A program made the position numbers and the translations under genes. The notes under the pieces were generated by a model, which worked only from the letters and a program-made list of their open reading frames with translations, made no database searches and had not been told where the DNA came from. A DNA stretch of 64,000 nt from Oscillospiraceae bacterium. Its GTDB lineage: Bacteria > Bacillota > Clostridia > Oscillospirales > Oscillospiraceae. This document shows positions 63,432 to 64,000 of this stretch, in pieces. Position 1 is the first letter of the stretch. Every line of letters begins with the position of its first letter. Location of the stretch: the NCBI GenBank assembly GCA_009780235.1, contig WRAK01000007.1:7847-71846 (forward strand). The letters run 5' to 3'.

Positions 63432-63625
63432 TGGCGACGGTGACAATGAAGAAAGCCGGGGCGCAGATTACCGTATCAGCAACTAGGCGCAACTACTACG
63501 AGACCCTCGGTTACGTAGTGGTCAAGTCTGAACCCGTTGCGGCGAACCCGCAGGCCGAGAGGAAACCGCCAACGAACAAGCCCACGGCCGGGAAGCCGAC
63601 GGCGACAGATGAAAGCGAGGGATAG
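63431..63625 (+). CDS. small head-associated protein, paralog-like of the preceding gene
   Basis: Same layout as the preceding gene (short beta-rich N-terminus ending GY.V, then a Pro/Lys/Thr tail). TAATG overlap. Confidence 0.4.
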   Translation: MATVTMKKAGAQITVSATRRNYYETLGYVVVKSEPVAANPQAERKPPTNKPTAGKPTATDESEG

Positions 63626-63628
63626 CTG

Positions 63629-64000
63629 ATGTATGCAGACTACGGTTTCTATAAAGAACACGGATCCGGGAATATCCCGGAAGAGAAGTTCCCGCGTATT
63701 GCAAGACGGGCACAACAACAGATTGATTACGTGACCTTCGACCGCGTCTCGGCTCATTCGCTGGGGGAATTGTCGTGGGAGCGTATCAAGATGTGCCTGT
63801 GCGAGCTTGTTGACCATCTATGGGATGTCAGCTTGACGATTGAGCAGGACGAAGATGGCATCTCAGGGGTAATCAGCAACGAGCGTGTAGGACCGTGGTC
63901 TGCCAGCTACCAACTGCCGCAACATTTGCTTTCGGAGAATCTCGACGAATCAATGCACAAAATCTGCCAGCGATGGCTGACAAGACCAATAAATCTTATG
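63629..64000 (+). CDS. head-tail connector (gp6-like) protein, 3' end outside window
   Basis: ATG at 63629. Hand translation stays open to base 64000 (MYADYGFYKEHGSGNIPEEKF...). Position after the capsid genes. Confidence 0.5.
   Translation, partial: MYADYGFYKEHGSGNIPEEKFPRIARRAQQQIDYVTFDRVSAHSLGELSWERIKMCLCELVDHLWDVSLTIEQDEDGISGVISNERVGPWSASYQLPQHLLSENLDESMHKICQRWLTRPINLM

Larger units (their letters stand above)
28087..64000. mobile_element. temperate siphovirus-like prophage (left end next to guaA; right end beyond window)
   Basis: Ordered modules: integrase, repressor switch, recombination/replication, DNA modification, terminase, portal, capsid. GC drops at the left end. No copy of the host repeat family found. 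Confidence 0.92.

Noticed and set aside
28087-64000. Phage-wide TAG stop-codon recoding, prompted by the in-frame TAG at 57394.
   Set aside because: All other late genes give full-length ORFs under the standard code. Several genes (for example recT-adjacent ORFs, the beta-class methyltransferase and paralog 3) end on TAG. The only tRNA has anticodon CAU, not CUA.

Overview
This window is a high-GC chromosomal segment of a spore-forming Firmicute (Clostridia, probably Oscillospiraceae-like, judged from sigH and spoIIID). A temperate siphovirus-type prophage follows it. Bases 1-28086 carry ordinary housekeeping genes: ruvB, glmM, sigH, spoIIID, cutA, alaS, a HIT protein, comEC, holA, rnmV, pyc, yfhO, an ECF sigma/anti-sigma pair, degV, nrdR and a stand-alone guaA synthetase domain. 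These genes are separated by a distinctive family of palindromic repeats capped by GTAGGGG...CCCCTAC. I found no copy of that repeat in the prophage part. From about 28087 to the window end (right end not reached) the prophage is inserted directly behind guaA. Its order is: a frameshifted tyrosine integrase, a lipoprotein, an ImmA/CI/Cro switch, a RecT/SSB/DnaC-like replication-recombination module, a DNA-modification block, about 5 kb of small unknown genes, a late regulator, then the packaging and head genes. The DNA-modification block holds an SNF2-like helicase, a beta-class amino-methyltransferase, a circularly permuted C5-methyltransferase, a radical-SAM enzyme and a DUF5131 protein. The most interesting candidate for an undescribed system opens the late operon at 52355-54738. 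It consists of a ParB-like protein, an ABC-ATPase/GNAT fusion, a truncated formyltransferase-fold protein and an initiator-like tRNA(CAU). Other oddities: a valS C-terminal fragment with an in-frame TAG, a collagen/glycine-rich gene between terL and portal, four paralogous Zn-ribbon/HNH-like genes, and a 171-codon +1-frame ORF with its own RBS inside the C5-methyltransferase gene. All functional calls rest on motifs I could read in the translations and on recalled family knowledge. No database search was run.
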